Positions 40,823 through 53,540 are shown, counted from the first letter of the stretch. The stretch: 64,000 nucleotides of DNA from Histomonas meleagridis 2922-C6/04-290x (GCA_020184695.1 JAANOX010000055.1:1-64000); one strand, 5' to 3'. Numbers and translations: made by a program. The notes: a model not told the origin generated them from the letters alone.

Positions 40823-43162
40823 ATGCTCGAATTTTCCATTGAGTTCAAGGATTCAAATCCTGTTTCTCTAATGTGTTCAGGATATGAATACAGAGTTCCA
40901 TTTGAAACATTAAGGGCCTGTTGCAAAAAACAAATTTTTCCAGATAAGATCCGATTAAAATTAGAAGACAAAAATGGTGATCTAGAAAAAATAATGACTT
41001 TATTTACAACAGGAAGTGTTACTTTGACACCAGAATTACTCGGATTATTTCGTCAATTAATTGATGAATTAAATATTGACTCACTCAAGGAAAAACTAAA
41101 AAGAGCGGAAACATATTTTTCAAAAATGCCAAGTGAAGGTTCTGATATATATAAGGCTGTATGTGATATGTGTCAACAAGAAGAATCGATTTTCGAATTT
41201 TCATCTTTTTTGGAGGTTATTGCTGAAATTAAATGTAAGACAAAGTCTCAGGCCCATATGCTTGCCCAACATATTTCATCTGCTATTTTTTCGCGACCAA
41301 AAAATTTTAATATTTATATTGAATTAATTTCAAGAATTAATAATCTTAAAAATAATACCAACGAATTTGAGTATTTTATGGAATGGCTACCAGGCGTTCT
41401 GTATAGATGTTTATGCGGTCGAATCAGAAAAAGTGATTCAATTCCAGAAAATGTCCTTTATGGAGTTTTACTATCATGCACTCAAAGTTATTGGGATCCA
41501 CTTCCAAAAGACGAAGATACAATTTCATACAGTCCATGTACCAAAGTATCATTGTCTGATATATTATTTGCAATTTCTGCCATTTTTTACTATGGCTCAT
41601 TTGTCAATTTGAAATTGCTACAAGATGCACTTGAAATCTTTCCCAGATATCCTGATTTCATTCCAGATTTTTTTTGCAGATTATCAGAATTTGTCAAAGA
41701 TCCATCACAATATTTTGTTTCTCATAGTATGGATGATTCACCAGAACTAAGCGAACCGTTTTATGTTGATGAATTCATACAAATTATTCTTGATGACGAT
41801 GTCATTAAATTACAAGAAAAATCTTCAGAAGTTGGTTTTGATCCTAATGGTGTCATTAGCCTTCCCTTTTGGCAAATCGACATTCCCGAGTGTGAATTTA
41901 AACAGCGGGTTACATATCTTGAATGTTGTGCATTATTTGGATCAGAAAAATGTTTTCGATTTCTAATACTAAATGGCTCCAAAATGACCAAATTCATGGA
42001 TATCTTTTCGATTGCCGGTGGGAGTGATTTTATTGTTCATCATTGTGAAATTGAAAAATATACTTTTTCAAAATCCATTGAAACCGCGATTAAATATCAT
42101 CGAAATTATTATGTTCAATGGCTTCTTCAAAATCATCCACAATATTTTGATGACAAAAGAGAAATTTCTTTAATTTTTGACAGTAGCGATTTTTCATTAA
42201 TTGCAAACATCATTGAAGATGGATTAGCGCATAACATTGATTATATCTTTATGAATTCTGTGGTTTTTGATATTGATCCATTAATAAATTATCTTTATGA
42301 ATTTAATCCATCATTGCCAACAAAAGAAGATTGTAATCAAACAATGTATGCCTCGATTTTTAATGGAAACATTAATTCTGTTAAACTTATTTCGAAAATA
42401 GCCACAAAAAACAAATTTGACTTTTTTTTAGTTTGGTCATGTTTATATACAATTCCAAGTTTTTTTGAGTCACCAATCCCTAATTTAAATGGGAATTCGC
42501 ATACATTTGGCGGACAATTCATCCAAATAAATGGTTATGATCCATTAGGAATTGCAGCATTCACTGGACAATTTGAAATATTTAAATTGATTGTGGAATC
42601 AAATATACAAAGTATTGATATGTCAACAAGATATTTCGAAGGATCTATGGGAGTTTATACGAATATTGTTGGCGTAGCTATTCAAGGTGGCTCAATGGAA
42701 ATATTGGATTACATAATAGAAAATACTGATTTCGATTATAACTATGTCGGTAAGGAAATAGAAATCGACTTCGAACCTTATTTAAATGTTGCTGTCCGTT
42801 ATGATAACATTAAAGTTATTCAAAAAATTTTAAATAACGGAGGAAATGTCGAAATACAAAATACAGCTACAAAAGAATTCCCATTGATAATAGCTGCACA
42901 ATATGGGAAAATAAACGCATTAAAAGAGTTGCTTAAATGTCCGAATATAAACGTAAATAAAGAAATTGATAATGAAAATGTGACTGCACTCTATAAAGCA
43001 GTTTGTTTTAATCAAGAAGAAGTGGTTAAACTTTTGTTGATGAAAAATGATATAAGAATTAATGGATTTCTTATTGATAAAACAAGAGTTTCAGAAAATA
43101 TTGTAAAAATATTTAGAGATTATTTAGCAAATAACCCAAATAAAAGTTGTTCATTTATTTAA
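40823..43162 (+). CDS. DUF3447-like ankyrin repeat protein
   Basis: IILDDDVIKLQE, YLECCALFGSEKCFRFLILNG, SIAGGS..IVH, AIKYHRN, then ankyrin repeats (DPLGIAAFTGQFEIFKLIV, PLIIAAQYGKINALKELL). Confidence 0.88.
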   Translation: MLEFSIEFKDSNPVSLMCSGYEYRVPFETLRACCKKQIFPDKIRLKLEDKNGDLEKIMTLFTTGSVTLTPELLGLFRQLIDELNIDSLKEKLKRAETYFSKMPSEGSDIYKAVCDMCQQEESIFEFSSFLEVIAEIKCKTKSQAHMLAQHISSAIFSRPKNFNIYIELISRINNLKNNTNEFEYFMEWLPGVLYRCLCGRIRKSDSIPENVLYGVLLSCTQSYWDPLPKDEDTISYSPCTKVSLSDILFAISAIFYYGSFVNLKLLQDALEIFPRYPDFIPDFFCRLSEFVKDPSQYFVSHSMDDSPELSEPFYVDEFIQIILDDDVIKLQEKSSEVGFDPNGVISLPFWQIDIPECEFKQRVTYLECCALFGSEKCFRFLILNGSKMTKFMDIFSIAGGSDFIVHHCEIEKYTFSKSIETAIKYHRNYYVQWLLQNHPQYFDDKREISLIFDSSDFSLIANIIEDGLAHNIDYIFMNSVVFDIDPLINYLYEFNPSLPTKEDCNQTMYASIFNGNINSVKLISKIATKNKFDFFLVWSCLYTIPSFFESPIPNLNGNSHTFGGQFIQINGYDPLGIAAFTGQFEIFKLIVESNIQSIDMSTRYFEGSMGVYTNIVGVAIQGGSMEILDYIIENTDFDYNYVGKEIEIDFEPYLNVAVRYDNIKVIQKILNNGGNVEIQNTATKEFPLIIAAQYGKINALKELLKCPNINVNKEIDNENVTALYKAVCFNQEEVVKLLLMKNDIRINGFLIDKTRVSENIVKIFRDYLANNPNKSCSFI

Positions 43163-43451
43163 TATAAGTAAAAAAAAAAAAACTATCTTGCAAAATATGA
43201 AAAAATTATTATAATGGTTATGATTTTTGGTTAAAGTTAAAGGCTAAAAATCAAAAGAAATTAAATTAATCAAACAAAGCCCTTCACCTCACATTGTGAA
43301 TTTTTTTCATTCACTATTAAAGTGCTGTGCATTTTCATATCAGATTTATCTGATTTTGTATAAATTTTATAACTAAAAACGTGATGTTGATACAACGACA
43401 CTTTTTAATAAGTTTGTAAATTTTGTTCGAACAAAGCTTTTCAATCCAAAA

Positions 43452-43769
43452 ATGAACCTTGCAACAGAGAAATTGACAAATGTGGAACAAATAAGACGTT
43501 TGCTAGCAGACTTGGAAAGGATTGGGCTTTGGAAACCTTCTAGTATCACAGATCAAACAACAATTGAAGATACAAAAGATGAAATGCTTAGAATCTTAAA
43601 CTTGATAGAAACAGAACTCGAAAGAGCAGGTCTCTGGGATAGAAGCATTGACGATGATGATAAAGTTGGTGGTCCCGAAGCTGGTCGTTCACTTGTTCAT
43701 AATGTAACAATAGAACAAATTTCATCACGAGCCAAAGAAGCCATTCGCTGTATTGATGTACATAAGTAA
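43452..43769 (+). CDS. hypothetical 105-aa protein with internal repeat
   Basis: ATG ORF with coding-like composition; LERIGLW..S..D and LERAGLW..SIDD duplicated. Confidence 0.65.
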   Translation: MNLATEKLTNVEQIRRLLADLERIGLWKPSSITDQTTIEDTKDEMLRILNLIETELERAGLWDRSIDDDDKVGGPEAGRSLVHNVTIEQISSRAKEAIRCIDVHK

Positions 43770-43939
43770 AATAATCATATGTGTTAAAATTAAATGGAAA
43801 TTCAACACAATTTCAAAATGAAATATGTAAATGTTGCTTTATTGTGATAAATCAGCTCACGAAATCATAGTTTACTTTGCGTGAACGTAGCTAAATAAAT
43901 TACACCTTTTCGGTCTTGTAGAAAATATTTTCAATCAAT

Positions 43940-45927
43940 AGGGAAATGTCTACATCTTTTTCTATTGAAGCATTTTAACTATTTCGGTATGACCTTCTGA
44001 AGCTGCATACACAAGTGCTGTCATAAATATTTTAAATAATTTCCAAATTTTATTTTGAAATTTCAAATTATTGCAATAAATATTAAATAAAACAATCTAA
44101 TATTTTTAGCATTAATATCAATTCCTTCTTGTTCAAGAAGTAATTTAACTACTTCGGTTTTACCATTATAAGATGCGAACATAAGTGCTGTTTGAAATAT
44201 TTTTATTTGTTAAAACATGAAAATAAATTCCAAATAAAACACCTTGATACCAAAACCTTTATAATTTACATCAATTCCTTCTTGTTCAAGAAGTAATTTA
44301 ACGATTTCTATATGACCATTTTCAGATGCATCCATAAGTGCTGTATAAAATAATTTAAATAATTTCCAAATATTATTTTGAAATATAAAATTTTTAATAT
44401 AAATTTTATTTTCAATAAATAAATTTTATTAGCATTAATATTAATTCCTTTCTGTTCAAGAAGTAATTTAACTATTTCTATATTATTGTTATAAGATGCT
44501 AAATTAAGAGCTGTCCAAAATATTTTATATAATTTCCAAATATTATTTTGAAATTTCAAAATTTTTAGAAAAATTTTGAATAAAACGAATATATATCTTC
44601 AGCATTAATGTCAATATCTTCTTGTTTCAAAATATATTTTACAATTTCTATATGATCATATTTAGATGCCTTCATGAGTGATGTTTGAAATCATTTGGAT
44701 AATATTTAAGTATTATTTTGAAACAGCAAATTATTCAGATAAATATCGAATATAGTTATTAAATATCTTTAGCATTAATATCGTTTCCTTTCTCATGAAT
44801 GTATTTAAATAGTTCAATATTTCCTGATTCTGCAGATTTCAACAAAATATCATTTGTAATTTGATTGTTTAGGAGAAACTTCTTCACAAGAAATATGTTT
44901 CCAATTTTTGCTGATTCGTTTAATTGAGTCTTTGATTATATTATAACCTTTCTCTTTGAAATACGAAAGAATTTGATAATTTCCATACCTAACACATAAA
45001 CACTCCAATTTCTCAATCTTTTCTTCAGATAAATCTTCTAATTTATTTTCATAAATATATTTAAAGATATCATTTCGATGATATTTAATTGCTGCTTCAT
45101 ATGATTCTTCAAATGATGAATTATTTTGTTCACTTAAATGAATGATTTCGTCATTTCCACCTGCAACTGCATAATTACCAGTGTTATTTACATTTGCACC
45201 ATTTAACAACATTTGTTTAAAACATTTAGCTGATCCAAAAAATGCTGCATAATCAATTAATTTAACATAATAGCTAATAAAAGAACATTTTTCATAAAGT
45301 GATGGAGGAATTCTTTGATTAAAATCAAAATTTGTTTGTGATGTTATTTCTTGAAGTTTTTCGATATCATCATTTCGAATTATTTTAGCAAATTCGTTTG
45401 GATTTACTCCTCCTTTAACTAATTGTTTATGAAGTTCCCAATTATTCTTTGAAAGTTCATTATGTTTTTCAAAGAAAGTTTTTTCTGATGGATCAATACG
45501 AAATTTACCTTTGTTACAGACGTTTTCCCAATGATCAAAATAATGTGTTGGAATATGATTTATAACATTTTTATCAATTTGATATCTTTCACTTAATTTC
45601 TGTATAAGATAAAATGCTTCATGATTTAGGATTTGTGATATATAGTGTGTAAAAATTTTAATGATATCATTAACACACATGTGTTTATTTGTGTTTATTT
45701 GCGTTTATTTCTTCTTCCTCAATTCGAATTAATTCCAAATAGCTTAAATACATATCGCTTGCATTCGTTTGTACGAAAAAGGCAGCATAAAGAAAATTGC
45801 ATATTAAAAGATTAAATGAATATGGAAAATTTGAATCAAATAATTTCATTGTTTGTTTGACTGACGACTTGAGATTTTCTTCAGTTAAATTAAATATAAT
45901 TTGATTAAGATCATTTATTGATTCCAT
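43940..45927 (-). pseudogene. DUF3447-like ankyrin gene disrupted by frameshifts, with spacer-interrupted ankyrin repeats
   Basis: N-terminal part 45685-45927 and DUF3447 part 44850-45680 (IRNDDIEKLQEI, LIDYAAFFGSAKCFKQMLLNGA, AVAGGN.EIIH, AIKYHRNDI). 10-bp duplication at 45681-45710, frameshift near 44920, then ankyrin units separated by 80/63-nt spacers. Confidence 0.8.
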
Positions 45928-46085
45928 ATGGTATTTGGCAAAAGCTGTTTAAATCTCAAAATATATGTTTGTATAGTTTACATTTAAAAAATAAATCCAG
46001 TCAAAATTTATATTCTTTACAGAGGAAGTACACAAAAGCAAAAATCAATTCCTACAAATGTTTCAAATCACTTTGGTATCAAAAT

Positions 46086-47800
46086 TCACTCATTCTTGTT
46101 ACAACTTTTTTGATTCTTAAATAAAATTAAAAAAAATATATTTTGTTTACAATTTTTATATAATCCATCTTTGTCAGTATTATTGTCAGTATCTATTTCT
46201 TCAGCATAATTTCCTTCACTGCTGCTTTGTATAATGTTTCTCTTGCGAATTACAAAGAAAACTATTAAAACTGCAATTAATATCACTGCAACAGGGACAC
46301 ATATTCCTACAGCTATCACAACTGTGTTATCATCATCGTCATTTTGTTGATTTTACTTATTTCGAAGTCATTATAAGAAAAAGTGAAATTAGAATAATAC
46401 TCAGTGATTACTGAATCATAATACGAAATTTGTGTTTCCACTTGTGTATATTCTTCATTAAACATAGAAAGTGTTTTCGTATTTGTAATAATAAATGTTT
46501 TAGTTATTATATTTGTAATTGAAAAAGAATTAATAAATACAATGGTATGTATCAATGTTAAATCAAATTGTAGTGAAGGATAAAATGTATTTGACTTAGT
46601 AAATGTGTTTGATTGACTATATGTATTCAACTGGCTATATGTGTTTGATTGTGAATATGTATTCGATTGAGTATATGTATTCGATTGAGTATATGTATTC
46701 GATTGAGAATAAGTATTTGATTGAGAATATGTATTCGACTGTGAAAATGTATTTGACTGTGTAAAAGTGTTGGTTGGCCATGGAGAGCATAAATCAAGTG
46801 TTGTTCTTTTGTATGAAATAAATGTACCAAATGTTTCTTTCTCATATGAATTTGATGTCATAACATAATCTGCACTCACTCCAGCAAAATCTTTAGGTCC
46901 AAAAGATGGTTCTTTCTCACCATAATAATAAATACATTGAAGTTTGGAACAATCACAAAATGCATAATCTCCAATTGTTGTGACAGAAGATGGAATTATA
47001 ACATTTGTTAATGAAAGGCAATAATGAAATGTATAGTTACTGATTGTTGTAATAGATGAAAAAATTGTAATGTTTTTTAATGCAGTACAAGAAGCAAATG
47101 CAAAAATTCCTATTGTTGTGATAGAATATGGAATTATAATATTCGTTAATGAATTACATCATCGAAATGCATAATTTCCAATTGTTGCAACAAAAGGTGG
47201 AATTGTAATATTTGTTATTGCATAACAATAACAAAATGCATAATCTTCAATTGTTGTAACAGAAGATGGAATTGTAATATTCACCAATGAAGTACAAAAA
47301 TAAAATACATTTTGTCTAATTATTGTGAGAGAAGATAAAATCATAACATTTGATAATTCTTTACAATCACTAAATGCATAATTTCCAATTGTTGTAACAG
47401 AAGATGGAATTTTAACATTTGTTAATGAAAGACAATATTGAAACGTATAATCTCCAATTGTTGTAGCAGAAGATGGAATTGTAATATTTGCTAATAAAGA
47501 ACAATAACAAAATGCAAAATCTTCAATTGTTGTAACAGAAGATGGAATTGTAATATTCACCAATGAAGTACAAGAAGAAAATGCAGATCTGCCTAAAGTT
47601 TCCATATTATCACCTTTTATTATTCACGTAGACAATGATTCACATCTACTAAAAGCATTTTGACCAATCGTTTTTACATTATTCCAAATCTCAACATATA
47701 CCAGCGAATGCCAGTCAATGCATGTTAACGAAGGAATATCAATAACATCTCCATTAATTATTACACTTGTTATATCATCTTTAATTTTGGCTCCTTTTGC
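46086..47800 (-). pseudogene. BspA-like LRR surface protein pseudogene
   Basis: TpLRR repeats (IPSSVTTIEDFAFCYC), in-frame TGA stops near 47630 and at 47159, SQSNTY stalk, frameshift before the TM (46316/46319). Boundaries approximate. Confidence 0.8.
46613..46760. repeat. 18-bp coding tandem repeat (S/T-Q-S-N-T-Y/F stalk)
   Basis: GTATTCGATTGAGTATAT-like units encoding the (S/T)QSNT(Y/F) hexapeptide on the minus strand. Confidence 0.8.
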
Positions 47801-48872
47801 GAACCTATAAATATTTGATATTATGAATGTATCCTCGATACTTAATATATGGAATATTTATGTAAAGAATAATGTAAAAACAAAAATGATTTTGATTTTA
47901 TTTCTTTCTAAAATTGAATTTTAGATTCATGCTTTGTATACGTTAGTTTGATAAATTTAATGATGGCATCAAAAACACAAATGAAATAAAGAACAAAATG
48001 ATAATTATTTAAAATCCTTTTGAAATAATATATAAATTCAACTATAAAAACATTATGTTCTGAACATTGAGGTGACCTAAATATAGGAATTGAATGAAAA
48101 TAAGTCAAAACATTAAAAATTTCATTTTTCATAATAAATTTATTTTGAATTTTTGAAATTCGAGAATAATCATATAAATTGAACGAGAATTTATTAGGCG
48201 ATAATTGATCCCATTGGCAATTAGAAGATGGGTAAATAGGATAATAGATTAATCCAAAATGACAAAGCAAACCTCATATTGGTTAAATGATCGATTTAAT
48301 TTGTGAACGTCTTTATGATGAAATCGGAATAGATTTGAATACATCGTTTTCGACTTTTTGTGTAAGAACTTTCTTGATGCCCAATTTTCGGGGTCACCCC
48401 AGGTTGACGATAGATATACTATAGTAGTCTAGTCATATGACTTTTTGAGTCATGGCTCAATAACTGTTCGAAAAGATATTCAGCTGAATATCTGAAAACA
48501 TTTAGATGCTAACATAAAACCTGTCCAAATATTTCAACAAGCTTTAGAAAACACTTTTGTCAGACCACCAAAAATAAAATTAAAGTTTATCATAGATGTT
48601 AATTTCCAGTAAACATTGAAATGTTTTGTTTAAACAAAACATTTTTATATATTTAAATTCGAAATGATCGTTTATTCTATACAAAAACGCAAAATTATTT
48701 TTTCTCGCAAAAGAACAAAAATTTTTATATTTAACTTTACAATATAATTAATATCCTGTTTTGACTTTACAAAATTACCATTAAAATAAATTTATTAACA
48801 ATAATAAAGAAGTTGTCTCCTCATTAAATTGGGACAAGATTAAATGGCTACTGACTTAAACTAGTCAATTCC

Positions 48873-48896
48873 GACGGTTACCACTTTCACCTCACT
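48873..48896 (+). promoter_or_regulatory. M3 element plus initiator (Inr)
   Basis: GACGGTTA 48873-48880 and TCACT 48892-48896, ATG at 48907: typical trichomonad core promoter spacing. Confidence 0.6.
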
Positions 48897-48906
48897 CTTT
48901 AGACAA

Positions 48907-50676
48907 ATGTCTGTTACCTTAGAGAAAATTATCCCACCGCATCCTGTTCCACGTCGTGCACTTGGTTATTTCATTGGTTTTAATGAACGATTAAATCGCA
49001 TTACTTATGGACTTGATACAATCGTATATCAGCGTGGACTTACAAACATTTTCGATTGCGATGTTTATAATCAACACCAAGCAAAGATTACAATTTCTTC
49101 ATATTCACCAACAGGTCGTTATATTGCATCAGCGGATGAAGAAGGACATCTTCGCGTATGGGCGCCAACCAAACAACAAACATTAACAATAGAAACACGC
49201 CCAATTGCAGGTGCAATCAATGACCTTTCATGGACAGAAGACAATGAGCGTCTTGCAGTTGTTGGTAAAGGAGCAAAAAGTTATGGATGTGTAATCAATG
49301 CAACAAATGGTTCTTCTTTAGGTGAAGTTATGGGTCACACGCAACCAGTAAACACGTGTGCAATTCGTGCGCAAAGACCATTCTTCCTTGTCACGGCAGG
49401 AGATGATTCGCAACATGTATTTTACAAAGGTCCACCATTTAAATTCGATCACACAGGTCGTGACCATGAGAAGTTCATTCTTTGCGTTCGATATGCTCCA
49501 GATGGCTCAATATATGCAACAGCCGGATTAGATGGAAGAGTTGTAATCTATGAAGGCCGTACAGGAAATCTCATTAAGGTCCATCAACTTAACTCAGGAA
49601 TTTGTTGTATTTCATTTTCGCCAGACTCGAAGAATATCTTATGTGCAATGATGGATGGAGCAGCTAGAGTAATTACTGTTGAAGGTGGCAATGTTACAAA
49701 GGAATACAAGATCGGTGATGAAGTTTATCAGCAACAACAAGGCTGTTTATGGACCAAGACCACAATGTTATCAATATCATTAAATGGAGATTTCAATTTC
49801 CTTAACGAAGATGGTACAATTCGTACAGAAATAGGCCATACAGCACCAATATCAGCAGTAGCGCCAATCAAAGGCGGATATGTCACCGGTGATAATAATG
49901 GCAGAGTTTTGTTCTGGAAACATGGCGAACTTCCATACGCTTGTTTCTGTCAAGAAGCTGATGGCGTACCAGTAAATGGTATTGCTGCTCTTCAAGGTGA
50001 TGAGAAAGTTGCAATCACAAGAGCAGATGGATTATTAACTGTTCTTAAGATTTCAGATGGAAGTGTTATTAAAACTGTTCCTGTATCTAAGAAGAGCACA
50101 GGTAATCTTGTAGCACGTGACCGGCTTATTGCTACATTTTCAGAAAAGAATTTGATTATTATTAACGGATCTGATGTTAAAACGATTCAACTTCCTTACG
50201 TGCCTACATATGTTACAATTGATAACGATGGTAAAGAAATTGCTGTTGGTGGTGAAGATAAATTAATACACTTATTAAATCCAGATGGTTCTGAAAAAGG
50301 TAAAATCGCTGGATTGTTTAAGGCTTGCGCTGCTATTGCATATTCTCCAGATAATACCATGATTGCTGCTACTAGTGAAAATAGAGAAATTATGATCTGG
50401 AAGAGAGGTGATTATGCTAACCCATTAATTGACGGTTGGAGATTCCATTCTTTGGCTATTAATAAGATAATTTGGATAGATAATGGTAATTTAATTACAT
50501 TATCAAAAGACCGCTCAATTAGAATGTGGTCTATGGCTAAAAGAAGGAAGTATGTTGAGGTTGCTCGTGCTCATGAACAATCAATTACAGATGGATTTTT
50601 AGTTGATGATTCAACTCTTTTCACAGTCGGCCTTGATGGATGCATACGTACATGGAAGTATCAAAAAATCGAATAA
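48907..50676 (+). CDS. WDR1: actin-interacting protein 1 (WD40 repeat)
   Basis: GHTQPVNTCAIRAQRPFFLVTAGDD...FYKGPPFKF and VRYAPDGS are AIP1 hallmarks; double-propeller length. Confidence 0.9.
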   Translation: MSVTLEKIIPPHPVPRRALGYFIGFNERLNRITYGLDTIVYQRGLTNIFDCDVYNQHQAKITISSYSPTGRYIASADEEGHLRVWAPTKQQTLTIETRPIAGAINDLSWTEDNERLAVVGKGAKSYGCVINATNGSSLGEVMGHTQPVNTCAIRAQRPFFLVTAGDDSQHVFYKGPPFKFDHTGRDHEKFILCVRYAPDGSIYATAGLDGRVVIYEGRTGNLIKVHQLNSGICCISFSPDSKNILCAMMDGAARVITVEGGNVTKEYKIGDEVYQQQQGCLWTKTTMLSISLNGDFNFLNEDGTIRTEIGHTAPISAVAPIKGGYVTGDNNGRVLFWKHGELPYACFCQEADGVPVNGIAALQGDEKVAITRADGLLTVLKISDGSVIKTVPVSKKSTGNLVARDRLIATFSEKNLIIINGSDVKTIQLPYVPTYVTIDNDGKEIAVGGEDKLIHLLNPDGSEKGKIAGLFKACAAIAYSPDNTMIAATSENREIMIWKRGDYANPLIDGWRFHSLAINKIIWIDNGNLITLSKDRSIRMWSMAKRRKYVEVARAHEQSITDGFLVDDSTLFTVGLDGCIRTWKYQKIE

Positions 50677-51180
50677 AACCATTTGATTTCATTCAACGAT
50701 TTTTGTTGCAGTAACTGCTACTTCAGCGGCCACACATCGTTTTAAGTGAGAACGTTTACTGATCGTTTGCCTCATTTTACAGCGGTTATTGACAAACATT
50801 TTAGCAAAAAATCTCAGCGGCTGTTGTGCATAAACTGTTTTCGGATATGTTACTATGATTAATGATAAGTTTTTTATTTATTTTTTCGGCATTTTTGATT
50901 ATTTTTGCAAAAAAATTAAAAAATGTATTTCAGAATTTTTAGTTCATTCGATAAAATTCTAATAAAATAAATTTTATTTGATATTTATTAAAATGAGCAA
51001 AGAGTTAATGAATTTAAAATATGGGAAATGACAGTAATTTGTCATTTTGATTTTTCCTGCCCTTTTCCCTATCGTCGTATCGGCATCATTTTATTAAAAA
51101 AGTGGAATTTTCAGATAAAGTTAACAGTTAATTTTTATTGACTCCCCACTTTTTGATATAAGTTATTTTCACTTTCCAAT

Positions 51181-51792
51181 ATGACGGCCAACGATTATGA
51201 TTACCTTTTTAAGGTCTTGATCATCGGAAATTCAGGTGTTGGTAAGAGTTGCTTACTTCTCCGTTTCGCTGAGGACATGTTTAGCGATAACTATATTTCA
51301 ACAATCGGTGTCGATTTCAAAATTAAAAAGATTGAACTTGATGGTAAATCAATTAAGCTTCAGATATGGGATACTGCAGGTCAAGAAAGATTCAGAACCA
51401 TTACAAAAAGCTATTATCGTGGAAGCAATGGTATCGTTGTTGTTTATGATATTACTGATCGTGAATCATTCGAACAAGTTTCTCATTGGATGACTGAAAT
51501 TGATTCACACGCTTCACCAGATGTATGCCGTCTCCTCGTTGGTAACAAATGCGATTTGAATGATAAACGCGCTGTAAAGACAGAAGAAGGCGAAGCACTC
51601 GCTCGTCAATTTGGAATCCCATTCCTTGAAACATCCGCTAAGGACTCCATGAACGTAGATGAAATGTTCACAACAATGGCTGGCGCAATGAAGAAGAAGG
51701 CTGGTGGCTTAGCATCAAGCGCTTCTCCATCTGGTGGAAGTGTAAACGTCCAAAAGGGACAATCGGTTGGTGGAAAATCTTGCAACTGCTAA
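51181..51792 (+). CDS. RAB1: Rab1 small GTPase
   Basis: [60 protein letters not shown]-terminal CNC. Confidence 0.96.
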   Translation: MTANDYDYLFKVLIIGNSGVGKSCLLLRFAEDMFSDNYISTIGVDFKIKKIELDGKSIKLQIWDTAGQERFRTITKSYYRGSNGIVVVYDITDRESFEQVSHWMTEIDSHASPDVCRLLVGNKCDLNDKRAVKTEEGEALARQFGIPFLETSAKDSMNVDEMFTTMAGAMKKKAGGLASSASPSGGSVNVQKGQSVGGKSCNC

Positions 51793-53043
51793 AATAAAGG
51801 CAACTTTTAACATTAATGTCGTTTTAATCCCGCAAAAATCTAATGAATATTTTATCTGCTGTTTATACTATTTGAAGTAAAAAAAAGGTACTTCAACTCT
51901 AAATTCCTCAATAGTTTTTTATTGAATATCAAAATGTATGGGCAACTTCGGGTATTGAGTTTAAATATAAATTTTTAGGCAATTTCGACTGATGTATTCT
52001 TCTCAATCTGATCAATTTTTCTCTTTTTTCTAAAATTTTCAAAAATCCTTTCGAACAATAAAACCCTTCAAGGTCTCCAAAGTAAGCACCAAAAAATTTG
52101 TTTGCTTGTTATTCAATATTTGGAAAAAAAGTGAAAATATGTGAAAAAATCAAACATTTCAATGTTAATTCAAATGAATCTTTATATATCGAGTGGCGAC
52201 GTGATTTTATTTTTAATGTATTAATATAAGTGATATTTTTTTCATAAATACATATATATTAGCATTATTTAAATTGTTAAGAATAAAAAATTTTTGTTTC
52301 AAAATAAGGTGAAGTGACAAATTAAGGTGTGATTTTTCTGGTTTTTTGGTTTTTTTATGCAATTTTCAAATTATTATGAATTACATTGCATGATTATAAT
52401 CTACTTTGCTATTACTTTTAAATGCCTAGTTGTTTTTGTTAAAAATTAAATGAGAAGATGAAAACAAACTCTTTCTTCGATTTTTCATTATTTCGGATAA
52501 ATTCTTCGATAAATACTTTTTAAATCTGATTATATTAAAATATTCGAGTAGGTAATATTAAATTTTATGTAAAATTAAAATATATTGGCATAATCCATAG
52601 ATATTATCATTTTTAATTTTGTTATTACAATAAGCGGTTATATAACCCACCCCTGTTTATTCTTGTTTGGTGGTACCAATTGATGATAGAAATTAACGGG
52701 AAAAAATTAGACTGAATATATCTCTATTCTCTGTATATAAAATTGAGTACATTCCTCGAAACAATATATTTTAGCTAATGTATGTAATATATATTCAATA
52801 TATATCAAATTATATAAATAACTTTATCAATAGCATCTTCTAGAAAATTTAAATACAATACAAAAATATATCGTCTTTATCAAAAAGTCATCATTTTCTG
52901 AGAATTTATCGTTTTATCTATAGAGCACAAATTATTATAGGACGTTTAAAAATGAAAATTTTTTTGCTAGGCACCGTTTTGTGGAGGACGTTAGTGGTAC
53001 CTCTGAGCGAGATTATATTACCCTAGCGAAAAATTTCGTATTT

Positions 53044-53140
53044 TGGTACATAACGGTCTCCAGAATTGAATACTTTATTTCTGAATTCAATTCATTTTAA
53101 TCGTAATAACCGTAATTTCGAAAATGGTACATAACGGTCT
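53044..53140. repeat. 16-bp direct repeat inside the element
   Basis: TGGTACATAACGGTCT at 53044-53059 and 53125-53140. Confidence 0.85.
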
Positions 53141-53394
53141 TCATACAAAAAGTCACAAATTTTTAGGTACTATAAAAATAATCGGGAAATCGCGAATTAA
53201 TTCAAATTCGCGACACTCTACTTTATAAAAAGTGACATTTTATCAAAAAGTCGAATAACTAAATGTTATAATACACCTATTATATTTGAATCAATATTTT
53301 ATGATTATCGACTGAATCTTTGTTTTGAAACAATTATTAGACCGCCAAAATTTATTATCATTTTGCAACCTGAAACTCATTACATCGCACACTT

Positions 53395-53540
53395 GATTTG
53401 GTCTTTTATACCTGATTTAAATTTGATCTTTCACATGATTTGATCTGTCACACATTATCTGATCTTTCACACATTATTCGATCTTTAACATTTGATTTTA
53501 TCTTTCACACATTATTTGATCTTTCACATTTGATTCAATA
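53395..53540. repeat. degenerate tandem repeat TTTGATCTTTCACA(CATTA)
   Basis: About 7-8 imperfect 14-20-bp units. Confidence 0.75.

Noticed and set aside
44019-44767. Canonical GT-AG or U12 AT-AC introns in the ankyrin spacers
   Set aside because: No consistent 5' GT or ATATCC, no ACTAAC branch site, and the AT..AC or AT..AG cuts I tried either shift the frame or delete the conserved T of TAL.
48380-48460. Short palindromes (GGGGTCACCCC, AGTCATATGACT) as a transposon end or regulatory site
   Set aside because: No partner repeat or adjacent start codon found in the window.
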